This document shows, one piece after another, positions 18,364 to 27,438 of a stretch of DNA of 64,000 bases. The position numbers were made by a program, and so were the translations under genes. The notes below the pieces were generated by a model. It had not been told where the DNA came from, did no database searches, and was given only the letters and a program-made list of their open reading frames with translations. This stretch comes from Acidobacteriota bacterium. GTDB taxonomy: Bacteria; Acidobacteriota; Thermoanaerobaculia; Multivoradales; UBA5704. How positions within the stretch are numbered: the first letter of the stretch is position 1; each line of letters begins with the position of its first letter. Location: the NCBI GenBank assembly GCA_040005235.1, contig JBDTZG010000025.1:1-64000 (forward strand). The letters run 5' to 3'.

Positions 18364-20133
18364 TTAGACGAAGCCTTGCATCTTGACGTATAGGTCCACC
18401 CGCTTCTGACGAAGCTTGCCGGGCTGATATTTCACCAACCATTCCTCCGGCTTCTCTTTGAGGAAGAGGTTGCCGTCATCCGAGGGGTGGCCCCCATTCG
18501 TGGTCGCTTCGACCACGGAGCGGAAATAGTAATGGTTGAAGATCCGGTTGAACTCGGTGAAATAGATGTCGGCCACCCGAAGATCGCCGCGGATGACGAG
18601 CATGTTTTCGTCGTTCGATTTGGTCGAAGCGTCGCTGAAGTTCGCCGAGCCGGTGACCACGATCGGATCGGCGCCGAGCGGGTCTCGGAGGAGGAACTTC
18701 GAGTGGACGTAGCTTACGTGATGATTGAGCCCCAGCAGGCCGGCGTTCGTCTCTTTCGTCCACTGGTAGACGGGTTCGCGAAGAAACGAGCCCCACGCCT
18801 GGTAGGCGTTGTTCGAGGCGTTGATCGCGACGAACACTTCGGCGCTCTGGGGGTTCGGGACATCCTTTTTTTCGAGCAAGAGAAAGGTGATGGGGCTGGT
18901 GGCGTCGTGCGCCAGAAGTTTTTCCTTGAACTCCTTGTTGATCCCGAATGCGAGGGTGATGCAGGCAAGGTCCGCGGCCGTGTCGACCAGCGCGAAATAG
19001 GTATCGAGAATCGCGAGCTGGGAGCGGGGGCTGAACACGGGAGTCACCCCCGGTAGGACGCCTTCGACCGACGGCGGCACGAGACCGAGCGCCTCGACGG
19101 CGGCCAACAGCGCGGTGTTCTCGCGCCGCACGTCGGCGGTCGGCTCGCCTTTCTTTCCTCCCGGATCGGTGCTCAACAAGTGCCAATAGGCGTCGAATCT
19201 CACCGCGAGGTCGGGGTTGCGCACCCAATGCCCGACGTTGGTCTGGCCGTGGATGCCGCCGAGCGACAGGTTCGTCGATCCGGTCCAAACTTCGGTGGGC
19301 TTCCGCGTCTTGCCTTTTTCCAGCACCATGAACTTGTTGTGCTGAATATTGGACGCCCTTGCTTCGCGCCAGACGATGCGGTCTTCGGGAATCTTCGTCG
19401 CCGCGACCATCTTCTTGTTGTCCTCCCGCGGGAAGCTCGGGCTGTCGGCGGTTGCGTTGACCTTTCCGTCGAGAATCAGCCGCACGTCGACCCCGCGGTC
19501 GATCGCCTCCTTGAGCGCCAGGGCCACCGGCTCGTAGCGGAATTCGTAGAAGCAGCCGAGCAGCCCGTCGCCCTTTTTCGCCTGGTGGATGAACTTGAGG
19601 ATCGCGTCGTCGAGATCGCGGCTCAGCCAGTCGAGTGCCTCCTGGTCCTTCGGAGGAAGGAGCTGGTCGGGCGGCAGGTTCTGGAATTTCCGCGCGTACG
19701 CCTGGCTGCTCGCCACACCCCGGTTGAAGAAGACGTCGTGCTCCAGCTTGCCGAAAAGGGGCTCGGTCTTGACGTGGATCGGGATCGGCTTGGCGCTCCG
19801 GTCGAGGTTCTTGGGCTGGCCGCGCAGAGGGTAGAAGAAATATTCGTACCGCCGGCCGGGCTTGGCGGTGAAGTCGTCCCAGACTAGGCTTTGCACGGGA
19901 TGCTCGAAGGTGCTCACTTGGGTTTCTTCGTCCGGATGGGGGATGACCGAGGGGAACACCTTGAAGCCGGGCATGAAGTAGCGCTGTTTTTCTTTCGGGT
20001 CCAGGCGCTCGACCGCGAAACCCAGAAGACCTTTCCGTGCCGCCTCGCTCGCCTGGATCGCAAACGAGATCGTGTTGATCCCCGAGACCGCGAACACCTG
20101 AAACCCGCCATGCTTGGCCGATTTGAATCGCAC
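18364..20133 (-). CDS. Phospholipase D superfamily protein (two HKD motifs)
   Basis: HNKFMVLE...WTGSTN and HSKFLLRD...TGSANFS...NDEN; no signal peptide. Confidence 0.88.
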   Translation of the reverse strand: MRFKSAKHGGFQVFAVSGINTISFAIQASEAARKGLLGFAVERLDPKEKQRYFMPGFKVFPSVIPHPDEETQVSTFEHPVQSLVWDDFTAKPGRRYEYFFYPLRGQPKNLDRSAKPIPIHVKTEPLFGKLEHDVFFNRGVASSQAYARKFQNLPPDQLLPPKDQEALDWLSRDLDDAILKFIHQAKKGDGLLGCFYEFRYEPVALALKEAIDRGVDVRLILDGKVNATADSPSFPREDNKKMVAATKIPEDRIVWREARASNIQHNKFMVLEKGKTRKPTEVWTGSTNLSLGGIHGQTNVGHWVRNPDLAVRFDAYWHLLSTDPGGKKGEPTADVRRENTALLAAVEALGLVPPSVEGVLPGVTPVFSPRSQLAILDTYFALVDTAADLACITLAFGINKEFKEKLLAHDATSPITFLLLEKKDVPNPQSAEVFVAINASNNAYQAWGSFLREPVYQWTKETNAGLLGLNHHVSYVHSKFLLRDPLGADPIVVTGSANFSDASTKSNDENMLVIRGDLRVADIYFTEFNRIFNHYYFRSVVEATTNGGHPSDDGNLFLKEKPEEWLVKYQPGKLRQKRVDLYVKMQGFV

Positions 20134-20262
20134 AGTCCGCCCCCTTTCCTTACGTCGCGTCGTTCTCGACCGAAATTCAGTCTCTCGTAAAGGTCGCGAT
20201 CTAAGAGTAGGACTGCGCCTCGGCATCCGTCAAGCGGGCTGGCTCCGCGTAGAATCCCCTTC

Positions 20263-22965
20263 GTGGAGCTGCTTTCGACACACGTCGGCGCCGATTTCGA
20301 CGCTCTGGCCTCGGTGCTGGTCGCCCGGCGCCTGCACCCGAACGCCGAGATCTTCTTTCCCGGCTCGCGGGAGGCGTCGGTGCGCCGGCTGCTCGCTTCC
20401 GGGTCCGTAGAATTCGCCGAGCTGCGCCAGCGGCAGATCGATCCGGCGAAGATCGACAAGGTGATCCTCTGCGACGTCCGCCAGCGTGACCGGATCGGCA
20501 AGCTGGGGGAGTGGTTGGAGGAACGGCCGGAGATCGAAGTTTGGGCGTACGACCACCACGCGGACGGGGACCTGGAAATCTCCGGCGGCCGGGTCGATCC
20601 CGCTGTTGGCTCGACCTCGACGATCCTCGCCGAGCTGTTCGCCGAGCGGGATCTTGCGCCGACGGCGACTGAGGCGACGCTCCTCCTGCTCGGGATCTAC
20701 GAGGACACGGGGGCACTCACCTATGCCACGACCCATTCGCGCGACCTGGAGGCGGCGGCCCGGCTGCTGCGCCAGGGAGGAGACCTCGCGATCGTCCGCC
20801 GCTTTGCGAGCGCGGCGCTCGACCCGGAGCGGCTCGACCTTCTGCACCAGATCGCCCGCTCGCTCGAAGTCCACCGCATCCATGGCCACCGCGTCGGTTT
20901 GGCCGAGATTGATCTCCCGAACTATGTCGAAGAGCTGGCGCCGCTCGTTTCCAAAAGCCTCGATCTGTTCGGTCTGCCGACGATGTTCGTCCTGTTCGCC
21001 TTCGAGGAGCGCGTCCTGGTGGTCGGCCGGGGCGACGCGGCGGGAGTCGATCTTGGCCGGATTCTCGGCGGTTTGGGAGGGGGAGGGCACTCCACCGCGG
21101 CCTCCGTGCGCCTTCTCGGTTCGCTGGTCGAGGTGCGAGAAAGGCTGCTCCTAGAGCTGGAGCGGCGCCTTCCCCCGGCAGCCCGGGCGCGCGACCTGAT
21201 GGTGTCGGCAAGCGTGTCGCTCCATCCCGGCTCGACCATCGATCAAGCCAAGGAGAGGCTCCGGATCGGCGGCGTGAACGCCGCTCCGGTGCTCGACGGC
21301 GAGGGCCGGGCGATCGGCGCCGTTACCCGTCAACTGCTCGACGCGGCGCTCCAGCACGGGTTGGGGGACCGCTCGATCGAGACGGCGATGACGAAAGACC
21401 TCGCCTGGGTGCCCGCCGACGCGCCGGCCGACGACGTGGGGCGGCAGATGCTCGCGCTCCAGCCGCGCTTCGTTCTGGTGGGGGATGCGAGCGACGGACG
21501 ACCGCTGGGTCTCGTCACCCGCATGCAGCTGCTCCACTATCTGGGCGCGCGGCTCGATCTCGAAAACGAACCAGGAAGTCCGTCGGGCGCCGGGGGAGCG
21601 CTCCGCGTGGCAGGAGCGCGCGAGGGCCATCCCGAGCGGCACCGCGCCGCGCAGCGCGAAGCGGCGGAGCTGCTCTCCCGCTCGATCGACCCGGTCACCC
21701 GAGAAACCATCGATCGGATCGCCGCCGTCGCTCGCGCCGAGCAGACCCCCGTTTATCTGGTCGGCGGCTTCGTCCGCGACTTGGCTCTCGGCCAAGAGAA
21801 TCGCGATCTCGATCTGGTGGTCGAGGGAGACGGCCCGGCGTTCGCTCAAAGCTTGGGCCGCGCGCTTGATGCCCCCGTCCGAGTCCACGAGGCTTTCCTG
21901 ACCGCGGTGGTCCGGATGCCGGGTGGCGAGATCGATGTGGCGACCGCGCGCAGCGAGTTCTACCGTGCCCCGGCGGCGCTGCCCGAAGTGGCCAGCTCCG
22001 CCCTACGCCAAGATCTTTACCGCCGCGACTTCACGGTGAACACTCTGGCGATCCGGCTGGGGCCGGAAAGCGCTCCCGAGCTGATCGACCCCTTCGGCGG
22101 CCGGCGCGATCTGGAGGCCGGTGTCCTCCGCGTCCTTCACAGCCTTTCCTTCCTCGACGATCCCACCCGCGCGCTGCGAGCCGTCCGTCTGGAACGCCGG
22201 CTCGGCCTCCACCTCGTGCCCGAGACCGAGCGGCTGATCGGCATTGCGCTCAAAGAAGGGGCGTTCGACCGCCTCTCCGGAGCCCGCCTCCGCGCGGAGC
22301 TGGATCTCCTCCTCGCCGAACCGGCGATTGCGCTGCCCGGGCTCGAACGCCTCGCCGCATTGGGGGTCCTCGGAGCGATCGAGCCCCGGCTGGTTCACGA
22401 TCGAACCCTGGCCCCCGAAGCGGCAGCCCGCCTCCGCGCCGCCCTCGCCGCCTGGGATTGGTACCGCCTGGAAGGGCACGACGACCGGCCAGTCGATCTC
22501 GCCGAGCTGCTGGGCCTCGCGCTCAGCATCGATCTTCCCCTCGACGCCCGAAGACGCCTGGCCGATCGGCTGGCTCAGAACGGACCGATCCGCGCAAGGC
22601 GCCTCGGAGCGGCGGAGGTCGTCCAAGGCGCGCTCGGAGCACTCGAAGAAAACGCCCGTCCGAGTCACGTCTCGACCGCGCTTTCGAACCTTCCCGGCGA
22701 AGAGCTGTTGCTCGCTTTCGCCGCAACCGACGAAACCGGCCGCGCCTGGATTCGCCGCGACCTCGCCGAGCTGCACAACCTCGAACCCTCGATCCGCGGC
22801 GCCGACCTGATCGCGGCCGGAGTCCCAGAAGGCCCCGCCCTCGGCTCGGCGCTCCGGGCGGTCAAAAGCGCGTTGCAGGATGGAGAATTGGCGACCGGAT
22901 GGGAGACGGAAATGGCGTTCGCGTTGGGAACGATACCTGTAGCCACCGTGGAGGAGTCGCTGTGA
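20263..22965 (+). CDS. DHH-DHHA1-CBS-polyA polymerase family tRNA nucleotidyltransferase (A-adding type architecture)
   Basis: H..ADFDA, YDHH, GIYEDTG, GGGGH, CBS pair, LVGGFVRD, DLDLVVEG, DLYRRDFTVN, SFLDDPTR. Confidence 0.9.
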   Translation: MELLSTHVGADFDALASVLVARRLHPNAEIFFPGSREASVRRLLASGSVEFAELRQRQIDPAKIDKVILCDVRQRDRIGKLGEWLEERPEIEVWAYDHHADGDLEISGGRVDPAVGSTSTILAELFAERDLAPTATEATLLLLGIYEDTGALTYATTHSRDLEAAARLLRQGGDLAIVRRFASAALDPERLDLLHQIARSLEVHRIHGHRVGLAEIDLPNYVEELAPLVSKSLDLFGLPTMFVLFAFEERVLVVGRGDAAGVDLGRILGGLGGGGHSTAASVRLLGSLVEVRERLLLELERRLPPAARARDLMVSASVSLHPGSTIDQAKERLRIGGVNAAPVLDGEGRAIGAVTRQLLDAALQHGLGDRSIETAMTKDLAWVPADAPADDVGRQMLALQPRFVLVGDASDGRPLGLVTRMQLLHYLGARLDLENEPGSPSGAGGALRVAGAREGHPERHRAAQREAAELLSRSIDPVTRETIDRIAAVARAEQTPVYLVGGFVRDLALGQENRDLDLVVEGDGPAFAQSLGRALDAPVRVHEAFLTAVVRMPGGEIDVATARSEFYRAPAALPEVASSALRQDLYRRDFTVNTLAIRLGPESAPELIDPFGGRRDLEAGVLRVLHSLSFLDDPTRALRAVRLERRLGLHLVPETERLIGIALKEGAFDRLSGARLRAELDLLLAEPAIALPGLERLAALGVLGAIEPRLVHDRTLAPEAAARLRAALAAWDWYRLEGHDDRPVDLAELLGLALSIDLPLDARRRLADRLAQNGPIRARRLGAAEVVQGALGALEENARPSHVSTALSNLPGEELLLAFAATDETGRAWIRRDLAELHNLEPSIRGADLIAAGVPEGPALGSALRAVKSALQDGELATGWETEMAFALGTIPVATVEESL

Positions 22966-23735
22966 ACCGCCTTCACCCCTGGCCCCTCTTTCTGTTTTCC
23001 TTTCTGACGCTTTTGCCTTTTTCCGTCGTTCTGGCTCAATCCATCGAGCCCCAAGTTGCCGTTCCGGTCGAACCCATCCGCACGGAACCGGCGGACGCTC
23101 CCGCCCAAGCGACGGAACACGCCCCGGCCCCGATCGTCAACGGCGACCCGCGCGAAGTTCAAATCTTCCGTTACGACTGCGAAAGCGATCTCGAACGGCG
23201 CGAAGTCACCCTCTTCGCGAGCGGCACGGTCCGCCTTCGCTTAGGCCCTCCCGGCCACGAGCGAATGGGCCTCGCGGAGCTGGGTCCCGACGGCCTCGCC
23301 GGGGCGATCCATCGTCTCGAAGAAGAAGACCTCTCCCAAATCGGCGATCTACCGCAGACCCTTACCGGAGCTTGGATTCCCCACTGCGCCTTGCGCCTCG
23401 CGATCTCCGGCCGGCCGATCCAAGAGCTGCGCTTCGGCAAAGAAGACGCCCTGCCGCTCGCCCTATCGCGCGTCGTCGCGGTGACCGACAGCGTGGCCGC
23501 CGAAGTGACCCTGATCGAAGGGGACCAACGCCTGCCGGAAGGCTACGAGCCGGCGCGCTTCGATCGCCTCCGCCGCGCCGACGGCGTCCTGTTCGAAATC
23601 CAAAGCCTGACCGACGACGGCAAAGGGGTCGAGCTGCGAGCGGTCGACCAACCGCTCGCCATGTACATCGCGATAGATCAGCTGCGCCAACTGTTCGTCC
23701 AGCTCGAACCCCGCTTCGGAAGCCGCACCCCTTGA
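22962..23735 (+). CDS. Hypothetical exported protein
   Basis: GGAGGAG RBS, GTG overlapping the upstream stop, signal-like N-terminus, stop overlapping the rsmD start. Confidence 0.75.
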   Translation: MNRLHPWPLFLFSFLTLLPFSVVLAQSIEPQVAVPVEPIRTEPADAPAQATEHAPAPIVNGDPREVQIFRYDCESDLERREVTLFASGTVRLRLGPPGHERMGLAELGPDGLAGAIHRLEEEDLSQIGDLPQTLTGAWIPHCALRLAISGRPIQELRFGKEDALPLALSRVVAVTDSVAAEVTLIEGDQRLPEGYEPARFDRLRRADGVLFEIQSLTDDGKGVELRAVDQPLAMYIAIDQLRQLFVQLEPRFGSRTP

Positions 23736-24298
23736 AGCCGTCGCGCCCCTCGGGAGTCCGCCTCTCCGGAGGCGAATTCCGCGGCCGCGTCCTGGCGGTG
23801 CCGAAAGGAGCCCGCCCGAGCGAGGGCCGAGTCCGCGAAGCGCTCTTTTCCATCTGGGGCCAGCGCCTCGAAGGAGCCCGCCTCCTCGATCTGTTCGCCG
23901 GAAGCGGAGCGGTGGCGCTCGAAAGCATGGGGCGCGGAGCGATGAGTGCCGTGGCGGTCGAAGGAAACCCGCAGGCCCTGGAGACGATCGAAGCCAACGC
24001 CAACAAGCTCGGCAAAGGGCTGATCGAAATTCGCAATATGATTCTACCCGCCGGACTGGCGAGGCTGGCCGAAACCGGCGAGCGCTTCGATCTTGTGTTC
24101 GCCGATCCCCCGTACGCTTTCAACGCCTACACAGGATTGCTGGAGGGCATTGCGCCGCTGCTCGCCGAGGAAGGGGAGGTGGTGATCGAGCACTCGGCGA
24201 GAGTCCACCTCGCCACGGAAGCAGGGGGGCTCGTGCAGATCGAAGAGCGGCGGTATGGAGAGACCGCACTGTCGTTCTATCGAAGCGGAGCGGGATAG
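23732..24298 (+). CDS. rsmD: 16S rRNA (guanine966-N2)-methyltransferase
   Basis: RLSGGEFRGR, RPS..RVREALF, LDLFAGSG, FADPPY, RRYGET. Confidence 0.93.
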   Translation: MKPSRPSGVRLSGGEFRGRVLAVPKGARPSEGRVREALFSIWGQRLEGARLLDLFAGSGAVALESMGRGAMSAVAVEGNPQALETIEANANKLGKGLIEIRNMILPAGLARLAETGERFDLVFADPPYAFNAYTGLLEGIAPLLAEEGEVVIEHSARVHLATEAGGLVQIEERRYGETALSFYRSGAG

Positions 24299-24319
24299 CA
24301 ACTCGGCGAAGAGAGCTTC

Positions 24320-24402
24320 TCCCGGGAACGCCGAGCACCAGCTCGGCATCGCAGCGGCGACGGCGCAAAAACGGCCCAGCTGGTGCCCGGCAGCCCCGGG
24401 AA
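24320..24402. repeat. REP/REPIN-like palindromic element, copy A (degenerate)
   Basis: TCCCGGGAACGCCGAGCACCAGCTCGGC...GCCCAGCTGGTGCCCGGCAGCCCCGGGAA. Confidence 0.85.
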
Positions 24403-24461
24403 TGGTTCAAGATCCTTGACCTGTAAGGTATACAGTGAGCGCCGAGAGAGAGGAACCTCAA

Positions 24462-24749
24462 ATGCCCCGTGCAACGTCCCGTACCGCGCGAATTGAGGCA
24501 CGAATTGCCCCCGCGGAGCTCGCCGTGTTCCGGCGTGCCGCTGAAATTCAGGGCCGCACCCTCAGTGACTTTGTCATCGCCGCCGCTCGAGAGGCTGCGA
24601 ATCGGACGATTGAAGAGGCCCACCTCATCCGCCTATCGATCGAGGATCAGCAACGGTTCGTGGACCTGCTGCTCAATCCTCCCGCGATCGCTCCGGCTCT
24701 CAATCGCGCGAAGAGCGCCCACGCTCGGCTGTTTCGCGAAGCGCGGTGA
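24462..24749 (+). CDS. DUF1778 (TacA/AtaR-like) ribbon-helix-helix antitoxin
   Basis: RTARIEARI...RRAAEIQGRTLSDFVIAAAREAA..TIEE...IRLS..DQ..F...LLNPP. Confidence 0.9.
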   Translation: MPRATSRTARIEARIAPAELAVFRRAAEIQGRTLSDFVIAAAREAANRTIEEAHLIRLSIEDQQRFVDLLLNPPAIAPALNRAKSAHARLFREAR

Positions 24750-24845
24750 TCGCCCCGTATCTCATTGAGATCCTCAGCCCATCCCATGCAAGGGCCGAGT
24801 TCTCGAGCGGGGTAGAAGCTCTCGACCGCTATTTCCGAACCAACT
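24746..24845 (+). pseudogene. Truncated GNAT acetyltransferase toxin (N-terminal ~32 aa only)
   Basis: MIAPYLIEILSPSHARAEFSSGVEALDRYFRT fits the TacT/AtaT N-terminus (H.R..F.(C/S)G..LD.Y). Similarity then stops before REP copy B. Confidence 0.8.
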
Positions 24846-24892
24846 CATCCTGCCGCTCGCCAAGCTCGCTGCCCGCGAAGGATGAAGCGCAG

Positions 24893-24974
24893 TTCCCGGG
24901 AACGCCGAGCACCAGCTCGGCACCGCGGCGAGAGCGCAGAAAACTGCCGGGCTGGTGCTCGGCGTTCCCGGGAA
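24893..24974. repeat. REP/REPIN-like palindromic element, copy B
   Basis: 30-bp near-perfect inverted arms TTCCCGGGAACGCCGAGCACCAGCTCGGCA / TGCCGGGCTGGTGCTCGGCGTTCCCGGGAA. Confidence 0.9.
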
Positions 24975-24997
24975 CCGCAGAAGCGCGTTTCCGACCC

Positions 24998-26974
24998 CTA
25001 CCGATCCCGCCGGCCGGTGATCGTCAACTGCAACAACTCCTCCGCGGAAAGCTTTCCGTAGCGGCCGACCGCCTGGCGGACGAAATCGCCCGTCACGCCT
25101 TGAATTCGGAGTTGGACGAGCTCCTCCGCCGAAAGGCCTGGGTAGCCGGCGTTGGCCAGCTCGCGCACCCAAGGGGCGGAAACGCCTTGAATCTTCAGCT
25201 GCACCAGCTGGTCGGCGGTGAGGTCGCGATAGCCGGCAGCGGTGAGCCCGTTGGCCCATTCGGCGGAAACGCCTTGGATCTTGAGTTGTACGAGTTGATC
25301 CGACGAAAGGTCGCGATAGCCAGCGGTGTTGAGACCGCGGATCCAATTGGGCGAGACACCCTGAATCTTGAGCTGCACCAGCTGGTCGGCGGATAGATCT
25401 TTGATCCCGAGGCCGTCGAGGGCGCGAGCATAGTCGGCCGTCACGCCCTGAATTCGCATTTGCATCAGCTGGTCGAGCGTGGTGTCACGCAAGCCCAGCG
25501 ATTGAATCTCGCGGGCGAAGGTGACCGAGACGTCCTGCATTGCCAGCTCGATCTGTTGCTCCGGATCGACCTTGTAGCCGATGGCGGCCATCGCCTTGGG
25601 GTAGGCGGGATCGGGGGCGAAGGTGAAGCTTCCGGAACCTTTCGCTCCGTCGAAGCGTCCTTCGAACAGGAAGCTCCCCGCTTCGCGCCGCAGCTCGAAA
25701 TGCACGTCGGGGCCGGCGGTCAGCCCCACGAAATCTTTCGTCGGATAGGTCTCTCCAACATGCCAGCGGTGGCTGCCGCCGACCGATTCCCAGCTCATCG
25801 TGGATTCGAGATCGATCCGGTCGCCGTGGCGGTTCGCGGTCCAGCTGCCTCGGCGCGCGTTCGATGCCGCCACCTGGCTGGAACCTCCGGCGCCGTTGGA
25901 CGCTGCACGGACGCCACCGCCCCATTGGAGAGTCAATCCGAACGGCAGGATCGAGAGCGCGAGCAACCCGGCGATCCACGAACGCCCGGCCGGCCGGGGC
26001 GGCACTCCCGCCAGACGGCGGACGCGGTCGAGCAGAGAGCCGCCGTTGGCCGCCAGCACCCAGCGCGGCAGGGGAGCGCGCAGCCCTTCGAGATCGGCGA
26101 GCGCCCGGGCGTAGTTCAACGGGTTGCCGCAGAGGCCGACCGCGAGATCGTCGCAGCAGTGCTCCCGTTCGACGCGCACTTGGGTAGAGACCCACCAGAC
26201 CGCGGGATGGAAGAAGAGCAGCGTTTCGACCGCAGCCTGGAGCAGGTTCGCGAGCGCGTCGTTCCGCCGAACGTGGGCCAGCTCGTGCGCCAGCACCGCT
26301 TCGATCTGCCAAGGCGCCAAGCCGACCAGGGTGCTGGCCGGCACGAGGATCACCGGCCGTAGCCAGCCGATCACCACGGGCACCGAAACGGCGGCCGATT
26401 CCACCAGACCCACCGCGCGGGAGACGCCCAGAAGGCGGCCGAGCTCGGCCACCCGCGCCGCCAGCTCGGCGCTCACCGGCCGACCGGTCCCGGCCAGGCG
26501 TCGCACCTGCCGCCAGCCGCCGAGGTGGTAGATCGCGAGCAGGCCGACGCCGACGAACCAAAGGCCGAAAATCGAAGGGAGAGCCGGGGAGAGCGCGGCG
26601 CGGAAAGACGAGAGACGGAAAGCGGCCGCCGGGCTGGCCGCAGAAGCGGAAAGAGCGGAACCGGCGAGCGGGCCGACGTTCGCGGCGATCCCCTGCACCT
26701 GATTGAAGCCCGGCGATTCGATCGCGAGCCGCTCCGCCTGCTCCGTCGTCGCTGTGGCGGCGATTCGGATCGCGGTCACGACCGGTAGAAGCAACATAAC
26801 GAGCAGCGCGCCGACCGCGGTGACGTAGCGGGCGGAGGCCGAACGCGATCTCAATCCGTGCAAGGCCGCAGCGGCGACGAGCCCCACGAGCGCGCCCTGC
26901 CAGAGAAAATGCACCAGCGCCCAGGCGATCGCCTGAACCGTGGGGGTTGCTGCCAGCGTGGCGATTCCGTTCAT
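24998..26974 (-). CDS. BlaR1/MecR1-like M56 metallopeptidase with C-terminal 29-aa repeats
   Basis: HFLWQG, P.VIGWLRPVILVP, LAHELAHVRR, FFHPAVWW, EREHCCDD. Confidence 0.93.
   Translation of the reverse strand: MNGIATLAATPTVQAIAWALVHFLWQGALVGLVAAAALHGLRSRSASARYVTAVGALLVMLLLPVVTAIRIAATATTEQAERLAIESPGFNQVQGIAANVGPLAGSALSASAASPAAAFRLSSFRAALSPALPSIFGLWFVGVGLLAIYHLGGWRQVRRLAGTGRPVSAELAARVAELGRLLGVSRAVGLVESAAVSVPVVIGWLRPVILVPASTLVGLAPWQIEAVLAHELAHVRRNDALANLLQAAVETLLFFHPAVWWVSTQVRVEREHCCDDLAVGLCGNPLNYARALADLEGLRAPLPRWVLAANGGSLLDRVRRLAGVPPRPAGRSWIAGLLALSILPFGLTLQWGGGVRAASNGAGGSSQVAASNARRGSWTANRHGDRIDLESTMSWESVGGSHRWHVGETYPTKDFVGLTAGPDVHFELRREAGSFLFEGRFDGAKGSGSFTFAPDPAYPKAMAAIGYKVDPEQQIELAMQDVSVTFAREIQSLGLRDTTLDQLMQMRIQGVTADYARALDGLGIKDLSADQLVQLKIQGVSPNWIRGLNTAGYRDLSSDQLVQLKIQGVSAEWANGLTAAGYRDLTADQLVQLKIQGVSAPWVRELANAGYPGLSAEELVQLRIQGVTGDFVRQAVGRYGKLSAEELLQLTITGRRDR
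25010..25570 (-). repeat. 87-bp coding tandem repeat (~6.5 copies of DQLVQLKIQGVSxxWxxxLxxAGYxDLS)
   Basis: Visible in the translation of the M56 C-terminus. Confidence 0.9.
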
Positions 26975-27354
26975 CGTGTATCCCCTTCGAGTCGGTCCAG
27001 CAACTCCCGAATTTCGGCCAGCTCCTCCGCCGACGACGGCCGAGAAGAAAGCGCTCTCAAGACGAGCCGGCTGGCCGAGCCGGCGAACGCGCGATCGAGC
27101 AGATCCCCCACCAGTTGGCTCTGCGTCTGCTCTTCCTTGAGCCGCGGGGTGTAGAGGTGCGCCCGCTGCGCTTCGTCGCGGGTCACCAACCCCTTGTCGG
27201 TCATGATCTGCAGCTGCTTGAGCGTCGTGGTGTAGCCGGTGGGCGACAGCGAAGAAAGCTCGTCGTTCACCTCTTTGACCGTGCTCGCGCCGCGGCGCCA
27301 GAGCACTCGCAGGATCGCCAGCTCGGCATCGGTAGGACGGGGGATCTCGGCCAT
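26971..27354 (-). CDS. BlaI/MecI/CopY family repressor
   Basis: PTDAELAILRVLW...TVKEV...YTTTLKQLQIMTDKGLV...FAGSASRLV. Confidence 0.95.
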   Translation of the reverse strand: MAEIPRPTDAELAILRVLWRRGASTVKEVNDELSSLSPTGYTTTLKQLQIMTDKGLVTRDEAQRAHLYTPRLKEEQTQSQLVGDLLDRAFAGSASRLVLRALSSRPSSAEELAEIRELLDRLEGDTR

Positions 27355-27360
27355 GGAGAG

Positions 27361-27403
27361 ACGATATACGACGATCTTCGTACTGTCAACGAAGAGTTTC
27401 GTA
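27361..27403 (-). promoter_or_regulatory. Sigma70-type promoter overlapped by two palindromic putative BlaI operators
   Basis: TTGACA-N17-TATCGT on the minus strand; palindromes TACGACGATCTTCGTA (27367-27382) and AACGAAGAGTTTCGTA (27388-27403). Confidence 0.75.
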
Positions 27404-27438
27404 CTTCGCCGGACCGCGGGCGTTCTATACTCCCGTCC

